Shown: piece by piece, positions 18,965 through 27,971 of the stretch
Numbering within the stretch: the first letter of the stretch is position 1
How the letters are laid out: each line of letters starts with the position of its first letter
Source of the DNA: Candidatus Peregrinibacteria bacterium
GTDB lineage: Bacteria > Patescibacteriota > Gracilibacteria > UM-FILTER-43-11
Length of the DNA: 64,000 nt
Direction of reading: 5' to 3'
Assembly: GCA_016932495.1 (NCBI GenBank)
Contig: JAFGCR010000011.1
Span: 4,973 to 68,972, forward strand
Position numbers and translations under genes: made by a program
Notes under the pieces: model-generated
Database searches by the model: none
What the model was told of the DNA's origin: nothing
Seen by the model: only the letters and a program-made list of their open reading frames with translations

Positions 18965-19708
18965 TTACAATTTTTCAATAATTTCATTCTTAATACTTCC
19001 ATAGGAATAATCTTCGGTTTCTTCCAGCCATTTGACTAGTGCCTCTTTGCTATCAAAAGCGCGAACATTTTTTACATAACTCTCAAGCCATTCTTTTGGA
19101 TTAGCGTCTTCTAGATCATCGCAACCAGAACAAGAGCCAAAATAGCCATTCATAATGTGCCACTTGCCATCTTTAATAAATACTGCATAATATTCACCTT
19201 GATAATCATCTTCCTTTTCAGCGATAACCCATTCTGCGTCAAATGCATCTTTTAATATTTCAAGTTGACCACCAGCATAATAACTGCTTTGAAGATTTTC
19301 ATGTCGAATATGCGGTGTCATGTCTACAAATTCATAGGGAGTGCCTTCAGTTTTTGGCTTTTGTTCTGGTCTAGTTACAACTTCTACATCTTCACCGCTG
19401 TCTTTTTTGATGTGTTGAGCAAGCTCATTGGATAAGCGAGCTGCTTCTTCATAATTTTTTTCTGATATTGCTTTTTGAAGCGCTTCAAAAAGCTGCTTTT
19501 CATGGTTCACTAATCTTTCCCGAAGCTCGCTTTCCATTTCCTTTTGTGCTTGTTCAACTTGTTCCCCAGTGAATTCTAAACGAGGCTCGCTACCTTGTTT
19601 GTCGACAACATGCTTCGCCCCGCCTTTGATTTTTTCAGCGTCACTTAATGTGCGCTCAGTTTGAATTTTTGCGATGTCTTCTGGAGACATCTTTGGTTCT
19701 TTTTCCAT
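18965..19708 (-). CDS. hypothetical protein, AT-rich relative to its neighbours
   Basis: 247-aa ORF with a coiled N-terminal half and a C-terminal segment containing GYFGSCSGCDD. No family recognised. Confidence 0.6.
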   Translation of the reverse strand: MEKEPKMSPEDIAKIQTERTLSDAEKIKGGAKHVVDKQGSEPRLEFTGEQVEQAQKEMESELRERLVNHEKQLFEALQKAISEKNYEEAARLSNELAQHIKKDSGEDVEVVTRPEQKPKTEGTPYEFVDMTPHIRHENLQSSYYAGGQLEILKDAFDAEWVIAEKEDDYQGEYYAVFIKDGKWHIMNGYFGSCSGCDDLEDANPKEWLESYVKNVRAFDSKEALVKWLEETEDYSYGSIKNEIIEKL

Positions 19709-19755
19709 AATGTTTTTAGGTTAATTAATAAATTCCTATTTAAAATTGTAATAAA

Positions 19756-19990
19756 TTTTCCCCCAAATATCAAAATCCGATAGGATTTTGGCTTTTTACT
19801 ATTTCACATAACTCGTTTCTGTCGGAAGTGTTGTGTATCTAATATACAGTTTTATGGGGGTTATAGGAACTGTTTGGTATACAACATTTATCGACAGAAA
19901 GGGAGGTGGGCGGGAAACGTTGTTGTGCCAGTCTAAAATGCCAATTTAAAATACCCACTCCTCAGAACAAAGTTGTGCAGGTGGTTGATT
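19756..19990. repeat. mosaic intergenic repeat, copy R3
   Basis: 19756-19812 matches the reverse complement of 18901-18960: TTTTCCCCCAAA 12/12, CTTTTTACTA 10/10 and TCACATAAC 9/9, with a hairpin plus T-run in between. GAAACGTTGT recurs at 19914-19923. Confidence 0.6.
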
Positions 19991-20003
19991 GTGGTGCGAT
20001 AGT

Positions 20004-20327
20004 TTATTTTAATTTTTTCTGCGCCTCGTATTCAATCGCCTCCCACTCGACGACGGTATTTTCGAGCTGATAGTAGTAGATGAAGTAACAGCAGGTCACA
20101 ATCAGCAGTACTACGAAAATGATTAAGAGCGCCGGGATCCCAAATGCCAAAGACAGTCCAAAAATGATCAAGGTGAATAATGTTACAAACATGGTTACCA
20201 GAAGATGAATAAGCCTTTCGTGGCGCAGGGTGGCCAGTGCTTTTGAATGCGTTTTTACAAAGGCGCTGTTATGGCGTGACTGTTGGATGTATTTTGTGTG
20301 TTCTTTTATTAATTGTTGTGTGCTCAT
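20004..20327 (-). CDS. hypothetical membrane protein (two TM helices)
   Basis: The ORF opens at 20363. The internal Met at 20327 (MSTQQL...) avoids overlapping pilD. Confidence 0.5.
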   Translation of the reverse strand: MSTQQLIKEHTKYIQQSRHNSAFVKTHSKALATLRHERLIHLLVTMFVTLFTLIIFGLSLAFGIPALLIIFVVLLIVTCCYFIYYYQLENTVVEWEAIEYEAQKKLK

Positions 20328-20341
20328 GGGTTTTTGAGGGG

Positions 20342-21103
20342 TTATAACATCCCAAAATACCAACCCAGAATATCCTGGCCCCAGAAGAGGGTGATGTAGG
20401 CGCCGATGAACAAGAAGGGGCCGAAGGGAATGGGGCTTTTGCGTGTCAGTTTTTTAGTCAGCAGTCCGGCAACACTAAAAACAGAACCGAGCAGATAGGC
20501 CAAAAAGAGGGCAACGATCACCTGTGGCCATCCGAGCAATAAACCCATGATGGCACCGATTCTTACGTCACCCCCTCCTAACCACCGGCCACCGGAGCCT
20601 AAGAATAGGATACTGAAAAATACAACCGGAACTGCCAGTCCGGTTAAGAGGCTTTCCCATGTGTGCAGGGGTGTTAATAAGCCGACTGACGCAAGCAGAG
20701 CAATGGTGGGGAGCGATATTTCATCCGGTATCTCCTGGAACAGGATGTCGTAAAATGACACCGTTATGAATACGAATGTAATAATCAGATAGTAAGTGAG
20801 CAAAAGCGGGTTTTTGAATCCTGTTAGCCAGGCGGTTAACAAAAAACCACTTCCCATCGATAGTTCCAATAATGGGTAGATGCGTGATATCTTTTTGCCG
20901 CAGTAATGGCATCTGAACCGGCTTATGATATAGCTGATAAGCGGAACCAGATCCCTGGCATTCAGGAAGTGGTCACACTTGGGGCATTTGGAACGGCCCA
21001 TAACCCAACCCCCCTCCTTAGTGTGCAGACGGTGAATGACGACACTGGCGAAACTGCCGAAGGCGAGGCCGATGATAAAAATTGTGAGGTGTATTAATGC
21101 CAT
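20342..21103 (-). CDS. pilD: type IV prepilin leader peptidase (A24 family)
   Basis: CPKCDHFL...CHYCGKKIS zinc-ribbon pair. Polytopic membrane protein with the catalytic Asp contexts SFYDILFQEIPDE and GGGDVRIGA. Confidence 0.85.
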   Translation of the reverse strand: MALIHLTIFIIGLAFGSFASVVIHRLHTKEGGWVMGRSKCPKCDHFLNARDLVPLISYIISRFRCHYCGKKISRIYPLLELSMGSGFLLTAWLTGFKNPLLLTYYLIITFVFITVSFYDILFQEIPDEISLPTIALLASVGLLTPLHTWESLLTGLAVPVVFFSILFLGSGGRWLGGGDVRIGAIMGLLLGWPQVIVALFLAYLLGSVFSVAGLLTKKLTRKSPIPFGPFLFIGAYITLFWGQDILGWYFGML

Positions 21104-21130
21104 TTGTTTGGATATACGATGAGTATCGTT

Positions 21131-21610
21131 GTGGTTGTGGCGGCTGGTGTTGTTTTAGTTGTAGTTGTCGCTGATTTTACGTCGATTTTTAAATTGTTCC
21201 CACGCAGAGGCTAAGTTAAATGTTTGCCTTACGGATTTATCATATATGACTATTAATTCATCGCATAATTGAATTTCTATTTTATAAATATCCTTCACCT
21301 GTTCTAGGCTGACAATTGTTTCATTGCACTCAGCCATGGTATCGTCGAGGTATTTTTGGAATCCGGCTTTTTGATGCTTTTTGGCATAACCTTCAGCGAT
21401 TAATCTTGGTATTGCCTTACAGGAACGACTGAACTGATCTCTTAGGTCATATCTTTCAGATGCTGGCAGTTTAGGTAGTATTTCTCGCATCACCCGCAAC
21501 ATTGCCCTGTAGGTATTTTGATAAATTTCCAAATCCCTAAAACTTTTTATACTCATAATCATTCAATTTAAATACTAATGTTTCGATACGATACCAGCCG
21601 CCACAACCAC
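21131..21610. repeat. perfect 18-bp inverted repeat pair bracketing the four-helix-bundle gene
   Basis: GTGGTTGTGGCGGCTGGT at 21131-21148 and ACCAGCCGCCACAACCAC at 21593-21610. Confidence 0.85.
21155..21562 (-). CDS. four-helix-bundle protein (23S rRNA intervening-sequence protein / Avd-like family)
   Basis: 135 aa. SFRDLEIYQ...LPKLPASERYDLRDQFSRSCKAIPRLIAEGYAKK matches the family signature as I recall it. Confidence 0.8.
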   Translation of the reverse strand: MIMSIKSFRDLEIYQNTYRAMLRVMREILPKLPASERYDLRDQFSRSCKAIPRLIAEGYAKKHQKAGFQKYLDDTMAECNETIVSLEQVKDIYKIEIQLCDELIVIYDKSVRQTFNLASAWEQFKNRRKISDNYN

Positions 21611-21632
21611 ACCCCCTTACTACACCAAAAAA

Positions 21633-23408
21633 TTAAATGTACATCATAATCGGAATAATCATAGGCTCGCGGCCCAGCCGCTTGCGGATGAACCGGCTGA
21701 TAGGAAGCGCTAGCTCTTTTTTGAGCGTTTTCAGGTCGATATTCCGGTTGTCCTGCACCACTTGTTCAAAAGCTTTTTTGGCTACCTGTTTTGTTTCAGA
21801 GGCAATCTCCTGCGACTCCTTTACATACACAAATCCCCTTGAAATGATATCCGGTTCACACACGAGCCGTTTGGTTTCCTCGTAGGCATGGAACAAGAGG
21901 ATCAGAATACCGTCGGTCGACATGACTTTCCGCTCCTGGATCACTTTTGAACCAATGTCCCCAAATCCAAGCCCGTCTACCAGAATGTCGTTCGCTGGGA
22001 TTTTTTGTTTGGATTTGCGGGTTCCCTGTTTGCTTACTTCCAGTACGTCGCCATTACTTTCCAGCATGGTAATGGTCATGGTGGGGTCGGCGACGGACTT
22101 GATCATTTCCGCATGGCCCATGCGCATGAACAATTCTCCGTGAATCGGCACATAGCACTTAGGTTTAATGAGTGAATACATCAGTTTGATTTCTTCCTGG
22201 TGCGCGTGCCCGGAGGTATGGATATCCATATCCCCGTTCGTAATCACTTTCGCCCCCTGCCGGTACAGGTTATTGATGACGTTCACAATGGCCAGTTCGT
22301 TTCCGGGGATCGGACTGGCGGAAATGACGACAGTGTCTCCTTCGTGGATTTTAACGTGGGGATGTTCGCCGATGGCCATGCGCGTGAGCGCGCTTAATGT
22401 TTCCCCTTGGGCGCCCGTGGTCAGAATAATCGTCTGGCTGGGCGGCAATGAAGTGGCATGGGGGCCGATTTTGCGCACCGTTCCTTTAGGATAGGTGGTG
22501 TACCCCAGGTCTTCAGCCAGTTTCATGTTCTCTATCATTGACCGGCCCGACAAAAACACTTTACGATTGTGCCTTGAAGCAATATTAACGATTTGGTTAA
22601 TACGTCCGATCAAAGAGGAAAAGGATGCGATAATGAGCCGGCCTTTGGTTTTAGAAATAACATCCTCCAGATTCTCCGCAATATTTTTTTCTGACCGACA
22701 GAAACCAGGCTTACTTGCGTTTGTGCTGTCGATCATCAGCACGTCTACGCCTCTCTGGCCAAGCTGAGAAATCCGTTGCATGTCCGCTGGCTTGTCGATG
22801 GCGGGAGAGTGGTCGAATTTAAAATCTCCTGTGTGCACCAGGGTGCCGGCAGGCGATTTTACAAACACGCCCATTCCGTCTGGAATGCTGTGATTGACGC
22901 GGAAAAATTCTACCTCGAAAGCCCCTAATTTAAGTGTGGTCGTTTCATTGTATTCGTGAATCCTGGCGCTTTTATCCAGTGCGAATTCCCGCAAACGATT
23001 CTTCAGCAGGCCCGCTGTCAGTTTTGTGGCGTAAAGAGGAGGGTTCCCTAGTTTGGGAATGACATATTGGGCCGCGCCGATGTGATCCAGATGGCCATGG
23101 GTAAAGATGATACCCCGCACGTTATGTCTCCGTTTTTGCAGGTACGAAACATCCGGCACAATATAATCAACGCCGAGCATTTCCGGCCCGGCGAACGACA
23201 TCCCGCAGTCAATCAGAATAATGTCATTGCCGTATTCAATGGCCATGATATTTTTGCCGACTTCTTCCAGACCGCCCAGCGGGATGATGCGCATCTTCGC
23301 GCCCTCATGCCCGGCGGATTGGTGATTTTTGTGGCGGCGGAAATGCCTGTGTTTTGAATGTTTTTGGTTACTGTTTTTATTCACCCATTCAGATATATTT
23401 TTGTCCAT
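21633..23408 (-). CDS. rnj: ribonuclease J (MBL / beta-CASP)
   Basis: RIIPLGGLEEVGKNIMAIEYGNDIILIDCG, FTHGHLDHIGA, HTSGHA. A basic His-rich N-terminal tail. Confidence 0.9.
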   Translation of the reverse strand: MDKNISEWVNKNSNQKHSKHRHFRRHKNHQSAGHEGAKMRIIPLGGLEEVGKNIMAIEYGNDIILIDCGMSFAGPEMLGVDYIVPDVSYLQKRRHNVRGIIFTHGHLDHIGAAQYVIPKLGNPPLYATKLTAGLLKNRLREFALDKSARIHEYNETTTLKLGAFEVEFFRVNHSIPDGMGVFVKSPAGTLVHTGDFKFDHSPAIDKPADMQRISQLGQRGVDVLMIDSTNASKPGFCRSEKNIAENLEDVISKTKGRLIIASFSSLIGRINQIVNIASRHNRKVFLSGRSMIENMKLAEDLGYTTYPKGTVRKIGPHATSLPPSQTIILTTGAQGETLSALTRMAIGEHPHVKIHEGDTVVISASPIPGNELAIVNVINNLYRQGAKVITNGDMDIHTSGHAHQEEIKLMYSLIKPKCYVPIHGELFMRMGHAEMIKSVADPTMTITMLESNGDVLEVSKQGTRKSKQKIPANDILVDGLGFGDIGSKVIQERKVMSTDGILILLFHAYEETKRLVCEPDIISRGFVYVKESQEIASETKQVAKKAFEQVVQDNRNIDLKTLKKELALPISRFIRKRLGREPMIIPIMMYI

Positions 23409-23540
23409 AATTGGTTTATTACAATAAATTAATTAGTTTTTTAGCGTGTTTATATCATTGTAGCATTTATAATAAAAAATAGCAATCTAAAAATACTACT
23501 TAAGTTGAATAAATGGCTTAAAAAAGCCAAAATATTAACT

Positions 23541-25058
23541 TTATAAAATTTTATTTCTGTATTGCAATGCTTCGGCGATGTGCGCCTCCCGGATCTTTTC
23601 TGTTTTCTCCAGATCAGCAATTGTCCGGGCCAGCTTTAAAACCCGGAAATAACTCCGCGCTGACAATTCCCATTGTTCAATGGCCTGTGTGATCAGCTGT
23701 TTGGTACCCGGTCCCAGCGGACAGTGTTCCCCTACATCATCATTGCTCATTTCCGCATTGCATTCAGCTTTGGTTTTTTGCAGCCGTCGGATCTGCGCCT
23801 GGCGAGCCTCATTTACCCGTTTGCGGATCGTTTCTGACGATTCCGATTCCGATACGGCGGTCAGTTTGATGTGATCAACAGGATTTACCCGGATAAACAT
23901 GTCTATTCGGTCTAACAGAGGCCCGGAGAGCCGTTTCTCGTAGCGCTGTATGTCTATGGCGGAACAATTGCAGATGTGTTTCGTATTTTCTATATTCCGG
24001 TACCCGCACGGGCATGGGTTCATGGCGGCCACGAGGGTGAATTGGCACGGATAGGTGCAGGTGCCCCTTACTCTCGACACGGTGATGAGCCGGTCTTCCA
24101 TCGGTTGCCGCAGAACCTCCAATACTCCCCGTGGGAATTCCGCGATCTCATCCATAAACAGCACCCCCCGATGCGTCAACGATATTTCCCCCGGCCCCGG
24201 CATATTCCCCCCGCCCACAATGCTCATGGCTGACGCGGTGTGGTGGATGGTGCGGAAAGGGCGCCGGGTGATGAGGGGTTGGTTTTTGGGCAGTAAGCCG
24301 GCCACCGAATAGATCTTTGAAACTTCTAACATCTCCCCCAACGTCATCGCGGGCAGGATTCCGCTTAAAGCCCGCGCCATCATGGTTTTTCCCGCCCCTG
24401 GCGCTCCGTACAGCAGAATATTGTGCCCGCCTGCGGCCGCGATCTCCAGCGCCCGTTTAGCCTGAGCCTGCCCTTTGATGCTGGCCATGTCCGTCCGGAT
24501 ATCGAATTCGTCTTTGATCACAGGCCTCTGAATGTCGAGAGCGCTCAGGCGATTGTCCAGATGCATCACCGCTTCCCGCAGGGTTTGCACCGGAATGATT
24601 TTCACGCCTGGGATCAGCGCGGCCTCCATGGCGTTTTCTTTGGGCAGGACTATTTTTTTAAAACCTTGTTCGCGCGCAAATTCTACACTGGAAAGGACGC
24701 CGTTGACCGGACGGACCTGTCCGTTTAAAGCGAGCTCCCCGATAACGATTGTCTCTTTAAAGCATTCAGCAGAGACATATTTCATCATAGCCAAAATACC
24801 CAGCGCCATGGGCAGGTCGTAGCGAGGCCCTGCTTTTCTAAGATCGGCCGGCGCCAGATTAACGACTACTTTTCCGCGGGGAAAATCAAAATCCGAATTT
24901 TTGATGGCGCTGGTAACACGTTCTTTAGCCTCCTGCACCGCGGCGTCCGGCAGGCCCACGATGATGAATTTGGGGTTACTGCGCCGCCGGTCCACTTCGA
25001 TATCCACTAAAAATCCCTCCAGCCCGTGGAGTTCAACGCTTGATAGTTTTGATGGCAT
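23541..25058 (-). CDS. comM: YifB/ComM family Mg-chelatase-like ATPase
   Basis: 505 aa. N-terminal Lon-protease-like fold, then an AAA+ core with GAPGAGKTM and VLFMDEIAEF. Confidence 0.9.
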   Translation of the reverse strand: MPSKLSSVELHGLEGFLVDIEVDRRRSNPKFIIVGLPDAAVQEAKERVTSAIKNSDFDFPRGKVVVNLAPADLRKAGPRYDLPMALGILAMMKYVSAECFKETIVIGELALNGQVRPVNGVLSSVEFAREQGFKKIVLPKENAMEAALIPGVKIIPVQTLREAVMHLDNRLSALDIQRPVIKDEFDIRTDMASIKGQAQAKRALEIAAAGGHNILLYGAPGAGKTMMARALSGILPAMTLGEMLEVSKIYSVAGLLPKNQPLITRRPFRTIHHTASAMSIVGGGNMPGPGEISLTHRGVLFMDEIAEFPRGVLEVLRQPMEDRLITVSRVRGTCTYPCQFTLVAAMNPCPCGYRNIENTKHICNCSAIDIQRYEKRLSGPLLDRIDMFIRVNPVDHIKLTAVSESESSETIRKRVNEARQAQIRRLQKTKAECNAEMSNDDVGEHCPLGPGTKQLITQAIEQWELSARSYFRVLKLARTIADLEKTEKIREAHIAEALQYRNKIL

Positions 25059-25266
25059 GCCGATTATTCATTTAAATACTAAAATTCGATTAAGTACAAA
25101 ATATCAATATGAGGAAGGCTTTATATCATGGTATTTTTAGTGGTGTCAAATTTTTAGCGGAGGATATTGCTGATTCGCGCGTACGCCCCCCTTCATTCAC
25201 TCTTACTGGGGTAAGAGGGGAGAGCTACAGAAGGGAAAGAAGAAAAAGTATATAAAAAAAGAAGAA

Positions 25267-26166
25267 ATGACGACCGATGTAAAATTCATGTCACAGGCTT
25301 TAAAACTAGCGCGACTTGGTGGTCGTGCCGTTGCCCCAAACCCAATGGTCGGCGCTGTTGTTGTGAAAGACGGGAAAGTGATCGGCACAGGGTATCATCA
25401 AATATTCGGCGGTCCGCATGCTGAGGTGAATGCCATTCAGTCCGTTAAACGGAAAGCGGATTTAGAAGGAGCCACGATGTATGTCACCCTAGAACCCTGC
25501 CGCCATTTTGGCAAAACGCCCCCTTGTTTTGATTTTATAAAGGTGATGGGAATCGGTCGGGTGGTTTGTGGGTCGGAAGATCCGTTTCAATCAAAATTAC
25601 GAAAGACGAAAGACGAATTACAAATTGAATTTTTAAATGGGCCAATTGCCACACAATGCCAGGAATTGAATAAATTTTACTTCACACGCATCACCAAAAA
25701 GCGGCCTTACATCACAGTCAAAATCGCCATGTCAGCGGATGGATTTGCGGCGGGGCCGGATGGCCGGCCGGTTCACTTTACGACCGCTAAACAGGACAGA
25801 GAAGTCCACAAGCTGCGCGCCGAGCACCAGGCCATTATGGTTGGGAGCAATACGGTTTTAAACGATAACCCCCACCTTGGCGTACGCCTGGTTAAAGGCG
25901 AAGATCCATTGCGCATTATTCTTGATTCCAAAAACCGAATACCCAAAAAAGCAAAGGTGTTTAGAAACAACAATGTGCTGCATATTACTCAAAAAATGAC
26001 CCTTAAACAACTGATGACTTATCTGGCGTTCATTGGTATTGGTTCAGTTTTGGTGGAGCCTGGCCCTACTTTATATCATTCCCTCAAGAAGGCGGGGCTG
26101 ATTGATGAATTGGTGGTTTATCGGAGCAAGAAAAAAATAAAACAGGGATTAAAACTTGTTCTATAA
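25267..26166 (+). CDS. ribD: bifunctional riboflavin deaminase/reductase (RibD-like, short)
   Basis: The HAEVNAI ... TLEPCRHFGKTPPC deaminase zinc motif, followed by a reductase-type C-terminal half (RPYITVKIAMSADG). Confidence 0.75.
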   Translation: MTTDVKFMSQALKLARLGGRAVAPNPMVGAVVVKDGKVIGTGYHQIFGGPHAEVNAIQSVKRKADLEGATMYVTLEPCRHFGKTPPCFDFIKVMGIGRVVCGSEDPFQSKLRKTKDELQIEFLNGPIATQCQELNKFYFTRITKKRPYITVKIAMSADGFAAGPDGRPVHFTTAKQDREVHKLRAEHQAIMVGSNTVLNDNPHLGVRLVKGEDPLRIILDSKNRIPKKAKVFRNNNVLHITQKMTLKQLMTYLAFIGIGSVLVEPGPTLYHSLKKAGLIDELVVYRSKKKIKQGLKLVL

Positions 26167-26168
26167 AA

Positions 26169-26186
26169 TGGCGGAGAGAGAGGGAT
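26169..26186. repeat. 18-bp direct duplicate of the tRNA-Ser 3' end
   Basis: TGGCGGAGAGAGAGGGAT at 26169-26186 is identical to 26439-26456. Confidence 0.85.
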
Positions 26187-26438
26187 ATTCTTACGTGCTC
26201 CCCCTCGACTTCGCTCGGGGTCCGCGGTCGAGCTTCGCAATATTCGCTCACAGCCTGACGGCTTGCGCTCATTTGCTCAGGCGAAACCCTCGCGCTCGGG
26301 TTCGAATCTTTTTAGAACTCTTCAAAAAATGCGAGGCATGGCCAGGGGTATTTTTTGAAGCGGGGCCCCAAATTGTGGCGCAATCTGAAAAAGAGACTTT
26401 TTAAAAGGCTCACTTGTAAGATGAAGCCCAATTTGGGG

Positions 26439-26531
26439 TGGCGGAGAGAGAGGGATTCGAACCCTCGCGGGAGCATAAGCCCCCCTACAGCTTTAGCAAA
26501 GCCGCCCCTTCAGCCACTTGGGTATCTCTCC
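26439..26531 (-). tRNA. tRNA-Ser (anticodon GCT), CCA encoded
   Basis: The reverse complement folds by hand: acceptor GGAGAGA/TCTCTCC; D-arm CCC..GGG; anticodon stem CGGCT/AGCTG with loop TTGCTAA; a long variable arm; T-arm AGGGTTCGAATCCCT; 3' GCCA. Confidence 0.9.
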
Positions 26532-26568
26532 GTGACTTAAAGCGTAAGTTAATGTAGCCGATTACTAT

Positions 26569-27963
26569 TTAAAGGTCAACCGTCACCTGGGGCTTCATCA
26601 CAATGGTCTCGGCTTTTGTGAAGGCTCTTATGCGCTCCGCGAAAGGGCCGGACTGATCTGCTTCCCCATGTACCAGCATCACTTTTTTGAGGCCCCTGAT
26701 GGGTTTGACGTATCCATCCAGATCATTCATGTCCGCGTGGGCGCTGAACGCTTCCATAATCACTACTTCCGCGTTCATTTTATACATATGGTCAAAAATT
26801 TTGATCTGTTTATTGCCTTCTACAATTTTGCGCCCCAATGTGTTTTCTGCCATATAGCCGACAATGACAATGGTATTTTTCGGGTCTTCAATGTTGTTTT
26901 TCAGATGGTGGCGAATGCGCCCCGCTTCACACATACCGCTGGCTGAAATAATGATGCAGGGGCCGATGAAATGGTTGAGTTTTTTCGAGTCCTCCACCGC
27001 TGTGATCTGGCGGAGCTGGCGCATAGTGAAAGGGTTGTGGCTTTTAAAGGCCCGTCTTAATTCTTCGTCGTACAATTCCACATGTTTTTTAAAGATACTT
27101 GTAATGGCATTTGCCAGGGGGCTATCCAGATAAATTGGCAGGTTATCCGGGATTTTTTTCTCATGGATCAGCATATGCAGACTGTAGATCAGTTCCTGAC
27201 TACGTTCCAGGGCGAAGGCGGGGATAATAACCTTTCCCCCCCGCCTGATGGTGCGGTTGATGACGCGCGCCATTGCCGGGATACCTTCTTCGATCGGATC
27301 ATGGGTACGATTGCCATACGTGCTTTCGCATAACAAATAGTCTGCCTGTTTAATAGGGTAGGGGTCGCGGATAATGGGCAAACGGTACCTGCCCAGATCT
27401 CCGGTGAATACCAGCTTTTTTTTCTTGCCGTCTTTTTGGTCATCAATATCCAGGACGACAATCGCCGCCCCTAATACGTGGCCTGCCTCGCGGAATGTCA
27501 CCTTAACACCCGGCGCCACCTCGAAGGGTTTATCATAGGGTTTGCCCTTGAAAGATTTAAGCGCCAGTTCAGCGTCTTCGTGAGTATAGAGCGGTTCGAT
27601 CGGGTATAAAGCCGTGTCCGAGTGCTTGCGGGCCATGTATTCCGCGTCACTTTCCTGGATGTAGGCGCTATCCAAAAGCATCACTTCACATAAGTTCTGT
27701 GTTGCTTCGGTACAATAAATAACACCCTTGAATCCATCTTTTACTAATGTCGGCAGGTTCCCGGAATGATCGATATGTGCGTGCGAAAGCACCACGGTAT
27801 CAATCTCTTCCGGCTCAAAACCGAAAAGACTGTTTTTATCAAAAGCTTCCTGCCGACGGCCCTGAAATAAACCACAATCCAGCAGTATTTTTTTCCCGTT
27901 TACTTCCAGTAAATGTTGGGAACCGGTCACTTCAAGCGCCGCTCCGTAGCTTGTTAGTTGCAT
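26569..27963 (-). CDS. MBL-fold beta-CASP RNA-metabolising hydrolase (CPSF-like)
   Basis: LLDCGLFQG, LSHAHIDHSGNLP, and a beta-CASP region ending in HGE. Confidence 0.85.
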   Translation of the reverse strand: MQLTSYGAALEVTGSQHLLEVNGKKILLDCGLFQGRRQEAFDKNSLFGFEPEEIDTVVLSHAHIDHSGNLPTLVKDGFKGVIYCTEATQNLCEVMLLDSAYIQESDAEYMARKHSDTALYPIEPLYTHEDAELALKSFKGKPYDKPFEVAPGVKVTFREAGHVLGAAIVVLDIDDQKDGKKKKLVFTGDLGRYRLPIIRDPYPIKQADYLLCESTYGNRTHDPIEEGIPAMARVINRTIRRGGKVIIPAFALERSQELIYSLHMLIHEKKIPDNLPIYLDSPLANAITSIFKKHVELYDEELRRAFKSHNPFTMRQLRQITAVEDSKKLNHFIGPCIIISASGMCEAGRIRHHLKNNIEDPKNTIVIVGYMAENTLGRKIVEGNKQIKIFDHMYKMNAEVVIMEAFSAHADMNDLDGYVKPIRGLKKVMLVHGEADQSGPFAERIRAFTKAETIVMKPQVTVDL

Positions 27964-27971
27964 TTATTTGA

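Noticed and set aside
21155-21562. Diversity-generating retroelement, inferred from the Avd-like four-helix-bundle genes
   Set aside because: No reverse transcriptase gene and no template/variable repeat pair is visible anywhere in the window.
5426-25058. ComEC-MBL, PilD and ComM as a linked competence system
   Set aside because: The three genes are scattered among unrelated housekeeping genes with no operon structure. They are noted only as context.
26169-26310. Possible second tRNA or tRNA pseudogene next to ribD
   Set aside because: Only the 18-nt 3' segment matches tRNA-Ser. The adjacent sequence cannot form T, anticodon or D arms. The GGGTTCGAATC piece lacks a pairing partner.
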